A stretch of 64,000 nt of DNA from a virus, in IMG/VR virus record IMGVR_UViG_3300047160_005727, positions 32,001-96,000 of that record, one strand, 5' to 3'. The notes beneath the pieces were generated by a model. It was not told the origin of the DNA, did no database searches, and saw only the letters and a list, made by a program, of their open reading frames with translations. Shown here piece after piece: positions 17,701 to 25,996 of the stretch (the stretch's first letter is position 1; each line of letters opens with the position of its first letter). Position numbers and translations under genes: made by a program.

Positions 17701-18645
17701 GTGGCAGCCGGCAACGCCGTCATGACCAGGTCAGAAGTGCAGCTCATGAACGAGACGCTCTTCTCGCACCTGACGAACCCCGGGATGATCAAGACCGCCA
17801 TCGACGCAGTGAACGACTTCACTCGCATAAAGATGCGTGAAGATGGGTTCGCTCGTCGTGTCATGCCCCCACTCCAGATCGCCAACGACGAGCTGGATCG
17901 CCAGGTCGACACCGACAAGCCCGTCAAGGTGGTCGACAAAGAGCCCGACAGCCCGGCCGCGATCTCGATCCCGTTCGCGACGCTGCCGACCAACGTCTAC
18001 ATCCGAGGCCCGCGTTACCGCGTTGCGTTCGACCGCATCGTGACCCCGCGGTTCACCAAGGACGTCGACGAACTCCGTACCTGGATCATGGATATCCGGC
18101 AGGTTTTGTCGGACAATGCCATCAAGGACATGCTAGCGGAGGAGGACTCTAAACTCATAGGAGCAACCAACTTAGCGTTGGTCGCCCATGACACGCCGGT
18201 GCCTTGGTCGCAGATGCCACAGTGGGTCACGATCCATGGCGGCATCACTCGTGACTCCGTCCTCGACTCGCTGAAGATCATGCCGAGCACGGACGCGAGA
18301 CTTGAAGTCGCCACGGTGTTGATCAACAACGTGACGATCAAGGAAGTCATGAAGTGGGGCCGTGACGAGATGGGCGGTGACTTCAGCCAGGACGTTCTCC
18401 GGAACGGCTGGTCGGAAACCGACTTCCTCGACAAGCGCTGGATCATCACGATCAAGCACGACTTGGTTCCAAATGACAGCATATTCATGTATGCTGATCC
18501 GAAGTTCATAGGCAAAATGTATATTCTCGAAGATACTACAATGTATATCAAGAGAGAAGCATATTTGCTTGAGTTCTTCGCCTACGAAACACTGGGCGGA
18601 ACCATCGGCCACACCGGCGGGTTGGCTCGGGCAGACTTCGCCTGA
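17701..18645 (+). CDS. major capsid protein (HK97-like fold, inferred)
   Basis: GGAGG SD, 314 aa, located after protease/scaffold/decoration genes. Helix, E-loop and spine-helix layout ending in a beta-rich C-terminus. Confidence 0.75.
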   Translation: MAAGNAVMTRSEVQLMNETLFSHLTNPGMIKTAIDAVNDFTRIKMREDGFARRVMPPLQIANDELDRQVDTDKPVKVVDKEPDSPAAISIPFATLPTNVYIRGPRYRVAFDRIVTPRFTKDVDELRTWIMDIRQVLSDNAIKDMLAEEDSKLIGATNLALVAHDTPVPWSQMPQWVTIHGGITRDSVLDSLKIMPSTDARLEVATVLINNVTIKEVMKWGRDEMGGDFSQDVLRNGWSETDFLDKRWIITIKHDLVPNDSIFMYADPKFIGKMYILEDTTMYIKREAYLLEFFAYETLGGTIGHTGGLARADFA

Positions 18646-18705
18646 GCATCTTTTGATCTGTTTACGGTTACTTCACGCGGAACTTGATCTACCAGGGAGG
18701 GCAAC

Positions 18706-19125
18706 ATGGCCGAGGGGCAGAACCAGGACCAAGCACAGGTTCCGGTGCCGAGGCCCGACGCGGCGTACGACTTCTTGTACAGCCAGATCCACGCCCCGGT
18801 ATTCTTCAACAAGCTCGCCCAGGACTACGGCATCGTTCCGCAGAACGATACCGAGGCCATTCAGCTCCTGGATATGGCCGCTGATCTGTTTGCAGCCGGC
18901 CAGCAAGAGCAGCAGAAACAGGCCAGTGCTCAGGGCACCTTCATCAACCAGGCCCACCAGAGCCTCCAGATGCTTCTGGGCAAGACGGGTGGTGCCCGAG
19001 ACGTCAATGCTCCGGCCAACGACCGTCTGGTCAAGCAAGCGGCGGCTGAGCTGACCAGGAACCCTTACGTCCGGGCCGCCGCCCTGTCGTATCAGTTGCA
19101 CCTGGCTCAACAACAGCAAGGATGA
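18706..19125 (+). CDS. small head-associated protein
   Basis: GGGAGG SD. Contains FFNKLAQ, QKQAS and VKQAA. Confidence 0.7.
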   Translation: MAEGQNQDQAQVPVPRPDAAYDFLYSQIHAPVFFNKLAQDYGIVPQNDTEAIQLLDMAADLFAAGQQEQQKQASAQGTFINQAHQSLQMLLGKTGGARDVNAPANDRLVKQAAAELTRNPYVRAAALSYQLHLAQQQQG

Positions 19126-19154
19126 GCCGGGCTCAAGGATAAGGAGATATCGCC

Positions 19155-19580
19155 ATGCCTACCGCTGAACCACGAGCTGGTATTAGCCCGACGCCTGTGG
19201 CGTACAGCCTCTACTCGACCGTCTTGAACTCGAGTGGGGTTGAAGCGGTCTTCAGCTTCATTCCACCCCACGGCAGGCGGATGGCTGCCAGTGAGCAACT
19301 GACGGTGGCTGGTAACATCATCGACCGGCTTGCCGTCAAGACCTCGAACCGTCAGTTCAAGGCGTTTGAGGCTGCTATCAGCAGCGGTGTGCTGACTCTT
19401 GTCTCGACACCTGGTGTGTTCGTGTATAACGGCACCAAGCCCCAGGTCATCTCTGGCGGCACCGGCTCGCTCGGCATGGTCGATCCGATCTTCTTCGTGC
19501 CAGGCAGCAACCCGCCTGTGACGCCTATGGTTGATGAAGAGGAAGAAGCTAAGGCCGAGAAGTCAACTGCGCGCAAGTAG
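19155..19580 (+). CDS. hypothetical virion-cluster protein
   Basis: AAGGAG SD, 141 aa. Confidence 0.7.
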   Translation: MPTAEPRAGISPTPVAYSLYSTVLNSSGVEAVFSFIPPHGRRMAASEQLTVAGNIIDRLAVKTSNRQFKAFEAAISSGVLTLVSTPGVFVYNGTKPQVISGGTGSLGMVDPIFFVPGSNPPVTPMVDEEEEAKAEKSTARK

Positions 19581-19626
19581 CACACCGGGATGAGGGACTG
19601 CCGCGGTTCGCCGCGGAGCACGCAGG

Positions 19627-20895
19627 ATGCATATCACCGTCATCACGCCCACGCACGAAGTGACCTGGTTGGGCGATGCGTGGGCGAGTCTGCGATCGCA
19701 GACCTATGATGACTGGGACTGGCTGATCCTGCCCAACGGTGGCGCCAGGGTTACCTCGGACATCAGTTCAGACCGCCGCGTTGGCGTACTGCCCGAGGAC
19801 TGGACTACGACCGGAAACGTCGGGGCCTTGAAGCGGCAGCTCTGCAACCACGCTGCCGGCCCTGTGATCGTCGAGCTGGATCATGACGACATCCTGACGC
19901 CTGACTGCCTGGCCGAGGTTGCAGCGGTCATTGGCGACCCCGAGGAGCCATCGTTCGTCTACTCGGACTTCGTCCAGTTCTGGCCTGATCACAACAGCCA
20001 TGTCTTCAGCGCTGACTGGGGCTGGGAAACCTACCCGTTCGAGTTCGGTGGTCGGAGCTACACGGCAACGCGGGCATTCGATGCAACAGCCGCCAGCCTG
20101 CGCCAGATCTATTTTGCACCCAACCATGTGCGTGCCTGGACCAAGGCGGCTTACGGGCTCGTCGGCGGCCATGACCCGGAGCTGCCTGTCTGCGACGACC
20201 ACGACCTAGTTTGCCGGCTCTATCTGGCTCAGGTGCCGTTCCATCACATTCCCAAGGTACTTTACCTGTACCGGGAGCGAGCCCACGCCGTGCCCTCGCA
20301 GAACAGCTACCGCAGCTTCCAAGGCGATGGCACACTCGAGAAGGTGCACCATCGCAACCAGAACCGGTATACCTGGCGGCTGGCTCACGAATGGTGCCGC
20401 CGGGCCGGCCTGTCGATGTACGATCTGGGCGGCCGCATCGACTGCCCCGAAGGCTACAAGTCAGTCGACCGCTTCGATGCCGATGTCTGCTGCGACGTGA
20501 CCGAGGGGTTGCCGTTCGAGGACAACTCGGTGGGCATCTTCCGGGCGGCTGACTTCCTGGAGCACATTCCCAGGGAGCACGTCATTCCGTTCATGAACGA
20601 CATGTGGCGATGCCTGGCGCCTGGTGGCTGGGTCATCAGCCGTACACCCTCTACGGGCGGCAAGGGAGCCTTCTGCGACCCGACTCACGCTTCGTTCTGG
20701 AACGATCTGTCCTTCCGTTATTACTGCGATCGTCGATACGCTGCGTATGTGCCGGAGATCAAGTGCCGCTTCCAGGCGGTGCGGGTCTGGGAGTGCTATC
20801 CTAACAACTGGCACAAGAAGCAAGAGCTGAAGTACGTGTATGCCGACTTGATGGCCTTGAAAGGTCAGCGACACCCAGGCTTGCAGCTGATCTAG
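19627..20895 (+). CDS. GT2 glycosyltransferase fused to a class I SAM methyltransferase-like domain
   Basis: N-terminal ITVITPT..SL.SQTY.DW.W, ELDHDD (DxD) and DDHDL..R. C-terminal DLGG, GLPFEDNSV, DFLEH and WRCLAPGGW. Confidence 0.9.
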   Translation: MHITVITPTHEVTWLGDAWASLRSQTYDDWDWLILPNGGARVTSDISSDRRVGVLPEDWTTTGNVGALKRQLCNHAAGPVIVELDHDDILTPDCLAEVAAVIGDPEEPSFVYSDFVQFWPDHNSHVFSADWGWETYPFEFGGRSYTATRAFDATAASLRQIYFAPNHVRAWTKAAYGLVGGHDPELPVCDDHDLVCRLYLAQVPFHHIPKVLYLYRERAHAVPSQNSYRSFQGDGTLEKVHHRNQNRYTWRLAHEWCRRAGLSMYDLGGRIDCPEGYKSVDRFDADVCCDVTEGLPFEDNSVGIFRAADFLEHIPREHVIPFMNDMWRCLAPGGWVISRTPSTGGKGAFCDPTHASFWNDLSFRYYCDRRYAAYVPEIKCRFQAVRVWECYPNNWHKKQELKYVYADLMALKGQRHPGLQLI

Positions 20896-20969
20896 TCAAG
20901 CCGTAGAATTTGCGCCTGGGGCCCTGTCGTAGGCTCACACGGACGTCGTCCGAGGAAAGGGAGTTCCCA

Positions 20970-21524
20970 ATGGCAGCAACTGTCACGATCATGCGATGGA
21001 CCGGAGCCGCCGGTTCGCCGACCAAGACCGACATCATCAACACGCTCGCCGGGAATACCCGGGCCAACGCCATCGACCAGGCCACATCGGCCGATACAAC
21101 CTATCCCGTCCAGATCCCGACCTCGGGCACCAACTGTAGCTTCTGGGTATCCACCCGGTTGAGTTGCAGCGTCACGCCGGCCAACTTGATCAACAACCTG
21201 CGCTGGTTCTCGGATGGCGGCAACAACTTCGGCGGCGGCATCACTGCCATCGTCGGCAAGGCTGCGGCCTATACGCAGGCCACTGGCTCAAACGGTGTGT
21301 CCGGAAACCCGCTTACCACGGCTGCCTACGCCGGGCTCACATCGCCGGTAGATCCATTCACTACCTACCCGCCCGGAAGCCCATTTGCGCTGACCGGTTC
21401 GCTGAATAACCCGACTACCGGTGACTTCGGTGACTTCGTGGTATATCAGATAGTCGTCGCGACCAGCGCGTTGCCTGGAGCCACGACACAGGAAACGTGG
21501 ACGTGGAAATATGATGAGCAATAG
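20970..21524 (+). CDS. putative structural protein (Thr/Gly-rich beta sandwich)
   Basis: AAGGGAG SD, ends TWTWKYDEQ. Confidence 0.7.
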   Translation: MAATVTIMRWTGAAGSPTKTDIINTLAGNTRANAIDQATSADTTYPVQIPTSGTNCSFWVSTRLSCSVTPANLINNLRWFSDGGNNFGGGITAIVGKAAAYTQATGSNGVSGNPLTTAAYAGLTSPVDPFTTYPPGSPFALTGSLNNPTTGDFGDFVVYQIVVATSALPGATTQETWTWKYDEQ

Positions 21525-21538
21525 GTAGGTAGTATTTT

Positions 21539-22021
21539 ATGGGTCGGATCGAATACATTGCGGGGCTGTTCGACGGCGAGGGGACATTTTCGATCCAGTT
21601 ACAGCTCGACGTCAGTAAGAAGGGGGTTCAGACTGTTCATTTCACCCCTCGGATGACGATGACTCTGCACTATGGGACTGAAGTTCTTGATGAGCTAGTT
21701 GGTGTTCTTGGTGGTACGATCTATCCTTACAAGAACGGAGCCCGTCGGTGGTCCCTGGGTAGACGAGATGAGGTGACCGCAGCTGCCAAGTTGCTTCTTC
21801 CGCATTTGAGGATCAAGCAGCGGATCGCCGAACAGTTTCTCGAAGCCCTTGCGATCTTCCCGACTGAGCGGGCCGACTTTCGTCGAGGCAAGCGGGCGTG
21901 GACGCTGGAAATGACGTTACGGGTAGCTAGGATAGCGCTGACACTCAACCCATACAAGAAGAGTCCAAAAGGCATTGAGTACTTGAAGGTGCTTGAGGCC
22001 GCATACAAAGGAGTAGCATGA
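21539..22021 (+). CDS. free-standing single-motif LAGLIDADG homing endonuclease
   Basis: YIAGLFDGEGTFSI motif, LGGTIY, LLPHLRIK. Lower GC. Confidence 0.9.
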   Translation: MGRIEYIAGLFDGEGTFSIQLQLDVSKKGVQTVHFTPRMTMTLHYGTEVLDELVGVLGGTIYPYKNGARRWSLGRRDEVTAAAKLLLPHLRIKQRIAEQFLEALAIFPTERADFRRGKRAWTLEMTLRVARIALTLNPYKKSPKGIEYLKVLEAAYKGVA

Positions 22022-22674
22022 TGCCTGACCCACGACACCCGCAGCAGCCTCGCCCGCCGAGACATCCGGCGCCGCAGCCGCAGCGAGGTCAGCCCGCGCA
22101 GCCAGCGCCAGTTCCTACCAAGCCCTCAGCGATGCGGCCGGTTCGGCAGCTTGCTCCGTCCGAAGAGGCCCCGCCCCTCGAGAAGCAGCGGAAGCTCAAG
22201 AAGGGCGAAAGCTACTGGGTCGTAGGTCAACGGCATCTGGAGAGGCCACTCAAGGGCAAGATCGTCCGGCTGTCCAACGAACCAGGCAAGGCGATCGGTA
22301 TCGAGTTCGATCAGCCGATCGGCGGGCTCGACAAGGAAGGGCAGCTCTGGGGCGTCAACCATACCTGCGATGGTCATGGCAAGCAGGGGCACTGCCTTTA
22401 TGTTCGCCCCGACCAGGTTCTCGATGAAAAAGAGATGGCGAGCTTCAACGCGCGTCAAGCCGAGGCGAGAGCCGCCGAGACGAAGTGGGAAGAATTTGAT
22501 GAGCTAACTGTTGGCCCGACAGCTCCACCGTCGGTTCCGGCGGAACCGGCCCCGAACGGGCACAGCGAGAAGATGACGATCGGTCCTGGCGACGTCGGCA
22601 AGCTCGAACTCAAGAAGGAAGAAGACAAAGACGAGGACGAAGACGAAGAGGACGAAGAGGACGACGACAAGTAA
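22018..22674 (+). CDS. hypothetical protein with an SH3/CAP-Gly-like domain, Pro/Gln-rich N-terminus and acidic tail
   Basis: KGKIV...IGIEFDQPIGG...HTCDG.GKQGHCLYV, then a C-terminal D/E run. Confidence 0.65.
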   Translation: MMPDPRHPQQPRPPRHPAPQPQRGQPAQPAPVPTKPSAMRPVRQLAPSEEAPPLEKQRKLKKGESYWVVGQRHLERPLKGKIVRLSNEPGKAIGIEFDQPIGGLDKEGQLWGVNHTCDGHGKQGHCLYVRPDQVLDEKEMASFNARQAEARAAETKWEEFDELTVGPTAPPSVPAEPAPNGHSEKMTIGPGDVGKLELKKEEDKDEDEDEEDEEDDDK

Positions 22675-22753
22675 CCACCGCACATAGGACCGGCTGGTAC
22701 CGAATACCATTGCTGCCAGCCATCCGCAGGTCCCACCCGGGAGAGGCAATACA

Positions 22754-23557
22754 ATGTCTTTCACCTGGGCCGCCTTTTACCGCGACGGCGGCCATGCGCT
22801 TCAGCGCAAGAACGACAAGCTCCACCTCGATACCGCTGTGCTCAAGAGCATTCAGCTCTTCGACCACAGCGGTCGTCCTTTCATCGAGCAGCTCTTCGAG
22901 CCCCAGCAGCGGGCGATCTATCACGTCCTGCCGCACACGCCGCTGACCGGCGCTCCCTGCCACATGCTGGGCTGGCAAGAGACCCTCAAGCGCGATGGTC
23001 GTGACATCAGTATGCAGCACATTGCCTACATCTCGGAAGATGGTCGGATCATCATGGCCGGCCGCTACGATGAAGGTCTGCCCTGGTTTGCCGTGGTTCG
23101 TGACGTCAACCCTGGCATGCCCGACCTGAGCTGGGTTGCCTACTACGAAGACGGGCAAGTTGACCCGATGTACGAGCCTCGCACCCACCATGAGATCAGT
23201 GCCGCGCAGATCGATCGAGGGCGGCTGCTCTCGATGGTCTTCTACGGCAACCAGGGCCTACCCTGGTTCGAGCAGTACTTCGATCGCGGTCAGCGGATGA
23301 TCTTCCGGCGGCGGAACTTCATGTCCACTGGCGAGCTGATAGCTGGACAACCACCGGTCATCAACATGCTGGGCTGGCAGTTCTCGGCCCAGACTCCTGA
23401 CGGTCGTGATAGCAACGTCCAGCACATCGCTTACGTCATCGGCGATGAGTCGATCATCATGGCTGGCGCCTTCCAGGAGAAACATCCCTGGTTCTACAGT
23501 CCGCAGCTCGTTGCTACCGATACCTGGGAGATCGGTTCGCCGATGCCCGGTGCCTAG
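22754..23557 (+). CDS. hypothetical protein made of two tandem copies of one domain
   Basis: W.A.Y.DG ... MLGWQ ... QHIAY....IIMAG occurs twice. Confidence 0.75.
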   Translation: MSFTWAAFYRDGGHALQRKNDKLHLDTAVLKSIQLFDHSGRPFIEQLFEPQQRAIYHVLPHTPLTGAPCHMLGWQETLKRDGRDISMQHIAYISEDGRIIMAGRYDEGLPWFAVVRDVNPGMPDLSWVAYYEDGQVDPMYEPRTHHEISAAQIDRGRLLSMVFYGNQGLPWFEQYFDRGQRMIFRRRNFMSTGELIAGQPPVINMLGWQFSAQTPDGRDSNVQHIAYVIGDESIIMAGAFQEKHPWFYSPQLVATDTWEIGSPMPGA

Positions 23558-23586
23558 CCGGCCGGTGATCCAAGGAGGGATCGCGC

Positions 23587-24780
23587 ATGGCCTACCTGAC
23601 CAAGACGGACCGGATCATGGAGCAGGCCGCCGCGCCAGGGACCGGCAACGTGACCCTGGGCGGTGCCGTGACCGGGTTCCGCACCTTCGCGTCGGTTTTG
23701 AACTCGGCCAACCCTGACACCTGCGCCTACCTGATCGAGGCCGTGGATGCCAACGGGATCCCGACGGGACCGTGGGAGCGCGGTTTCGGCACCCTGACGG
23801 CTGCAACCACTTTCGTCCGCACGGTCGTGCTCGAGTCGATGCAGGGTCCTGGCAGTGCCGTCAACTTTACGACCGGCATCCGGATCAGCAGTGTTCCGAT
23901 GACCGAGACGACCCAGTTCTATCCGCAGCCAGGTGGCCGGCTGACCCTGTCAGCTACCCTTCCGGTGGCTGAAGTCGGCGGCGGTAGTACCATGCTGTAC
24001 TACTTGCCGTATCTGCACGACAGGGTTCCCCTCTGGAACGGCTACGCCATCCAGGTCGTCAGCGTTACCAACGGTGTATCTCTCAACCTCACTTCCGTCG
24101 GGCTCGCGATCAATTCGGTCTATGACGTCTTCGGCTTCATCTCGGCGACGGGGGCCATGAACCTGGAGGTACTGGTCTGGACAGATCTGCACAACCGGGC
24201 AACGAACATCACCGTACAGAACGGTCTTCCCTGCAAGCAGACCGACGCCACCCGGCTCTATCTGGGTACCTTCTACACGCCGTCCGGAAACCAGATCTAC
24301 GACGTTGGTACAGGCGTCGGGTCAGGCGGTCAGCCCAAGCGCTATCTGTGGAACTATTACAACCGGGTGCAGCGCCACATCGTCATGTATGACAACACCG
24401 CCAGCTGGAGCTGGGCCACCAACGCGTGGCGAGTCATGCGGGGCCTGACACCACCCAACGGTACCGTCGAGATGGTGCGTGGGAACAACGACGACGAAGT
24501 CATACTGTACGCTACGCTCGCGTGTAACCCTCCCGTCAACTGTACCGGATATGTCTGTTTCAGTCTGGACTCCGCTACCGCGACTACCGGCCCATGCTCC
24601 TACGGGATGATAACCAACAACGCGACCTACAACCTGGCCAAGCAGATCACTGCGGTATACACGGGGTACCCCGGTATTGGCTACCACTACATGGGCTGCA
24701 TGGAAAATAGCTATGGAGGCACGGTGAGCTTCGGTGGGAACTGGGGCGGGAATGGTATTGCCGGGATCGTGTGGGCATAA
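23587..24780 (+). CDS. fibre/adhesin-like virion protein, paralog 1
   Basis: N-terminal DRIME...PGTGNVTLGGAV.GFRTF, typical of phage fibre attachment domains. Also PGGRL, YYLPY and KR.LWNYYNR. Confidence 0.75.
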   Translation: MAYLTKTDRIMEQAAAPGTGNVTLGGAVTGFRTFASVLNSANPDTCAYLIEAVDANGIPTGPWERGFGTLTAATTFVRTVVLESMQGPGSAVNFTTGIRISSVPMTETTQFYPQPGGRLTLSATLPVAEVGGGSTMLYYLPYLHDRVPLWNGYAIQVVSVTNGVSLNLTSVGLAINSVYDVFGFISATGAMNLEVLVWTDLHNRATNITVQNGLPCKQTDATRLYLGTFYTPSGNQIYDVGTGVGSGGQPKRYLWNYYNRVQRHIVMYDNTASWSWATNAWRVMRGLTPPNGTVEMVRGNNDDEVILYATLACNPPVNCTGYVCFSLDSATATTGPCSYGMITNNATYNLAKQITAVYTGYPGIGYHYMGCMENSYGGTVSFGGNWGGNGIAGIVWA

Positions 24781-24792
24781 AGGGCTCTGTCG

Positions 24793-25983
24793 ATGGCGTA
24801 CAGAACGCTAGGCACAGATCGGATCATGGAGGTCGCTTCTGCGCCCGGCACCGGCAGCGTGACCCTGGGCGGTGCTGTATGCGGCTTCCGCACTTTTGCC
24901 AGTGTTCTGGCCTCGGCCGACACTGTCGGCTACTTCATCGAGGGCGTAGACGCCACCGGGACTACCGCAGCGCCGTGGGAGCGAGGCTTCGCCACGTTTA
25001 CCAGCGCCTCGAACACCTTGGCCCGGTCGATCGTGATCGAGTCATCTGCTGGTAGCGGCGTCACTGCCAATTTCACGGGCAACGTCCGGGTTGGCGTCGC
25101 TCCGATGACCGAGACGACCCAGTTCTATCCGCAGCCGGGCGGCCGGCTGAGCGTCATCTCGGGGAACCCATACGGCGACGGTTCAACGACAGGGAACCTG
25201 ATCTGGTATTTGCCCTTCATGCACGACAAGTGCCCTGTCTGGAACAACGGCGGCATCCAGGTCCTGACGATCCCCGCGGCCGGAGTATCCCTCAACATCG
25301 CCGGGTGTGGGGCCGGAACATGCTGGGATGTTTTCGCCTACAACAATGCCGGGGCGCTCGGGCTAACGATGCTTGCCTGGGCCAGCCTTACGGGTAGGTC
25401 CACTAACGTGACCTACCAGAACGGCTTCCTGTGTCTTCAGACCCAGGCAGCCAACCGTTATCTGGGCAGCTTCTACACAACTGCCGGCGGTACGGTCTAT
25501 GACACCCTGAATGTTGCCGGTGGCACTGGCCAGCCAGCCAAGCGGCTGCTCTGGAACATGTATAACCGGATATCGAGGCCGGCCTACATGTACGACACGA
25601 CTGCTAGCTGGAACCCTGTCGGCTCCTGGCGACCCATCCGGGGCGCGGTAGTTCCCAACGCCTGTGTCGAGGTGATGCGGGGGTTAGACGAAGATGCGGT
25701 CATAGCGCTCGGCCTGGTATCCGGTCAGGCTCCGAACGGTCCAGGCTTCTTCGGCTCCGTCGCCCTTGATAGTGCCACCGCCACTACACCGGTGGGTTGG
25801 GGTCAGGTCAATAATGGCAACCCCGGGACCGTCCAGAGTCAGATCGCTATTCCATATGCGGGGTTGCCCGGTCTCGGCTACCACTACCTGATCCTGTGTG
25901 ACAACGGTGGTACCTCTGCCACCATCTCAGTCATTGGCTGGCAGAGCGGATCATGCTCCCTTATTGGAACTGTACGCTCCTAG
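24793..25983 (+). CDS. fibre/adhesin-like virion protein, paralog 2
   Basis: Collinear with paralog 1, including a 36-bp identical DNA block. Confidence 0.75.
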   Translation: MAYRTLGTDRIMEVASAPGTGSVTLGGAVCGFRTFASVLASADTVGYFIEGVDATGTTAAPWERGFATFTSASNTLARSIVIESSAGSGVTANFTGNVRVGVAPMTETTQFYPQPGGRLSVISGNPYGDGSTTGNLIWYLPFMHDKCPVWNNGGIQVLTIPAAGVSLNIAGCGAGTCWDVFAYNNAGALGLTMLAWASLTGRSTNVTYQNGFLCLQTQAANRYLGSFYTTAGGTVYDTLNVAGGTGQPAKRLLWNMYNRISRPAYMYDTTASWNPVGSWRPIRGAVVPNACVEVMRGLDEDAVIALGLVSGQAPNGPGFFGSVALDSATATTPVGWGQVNNGNPGTVQSQIAIPYAGLPGLGYHYLILCDNGGTSATISVIGWQSGSCSLIGTVRS

Positions 25984-25996
25984 AGCGGGGTCGCTG

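Noticed and set aside
21525-22021. Group I intron or intein hosting the LAGLIDADG ORF
   Set aside because: Both flanking genes look complete, only 14 nt of non-coding sequence is available, and no intein terminal residues are present.
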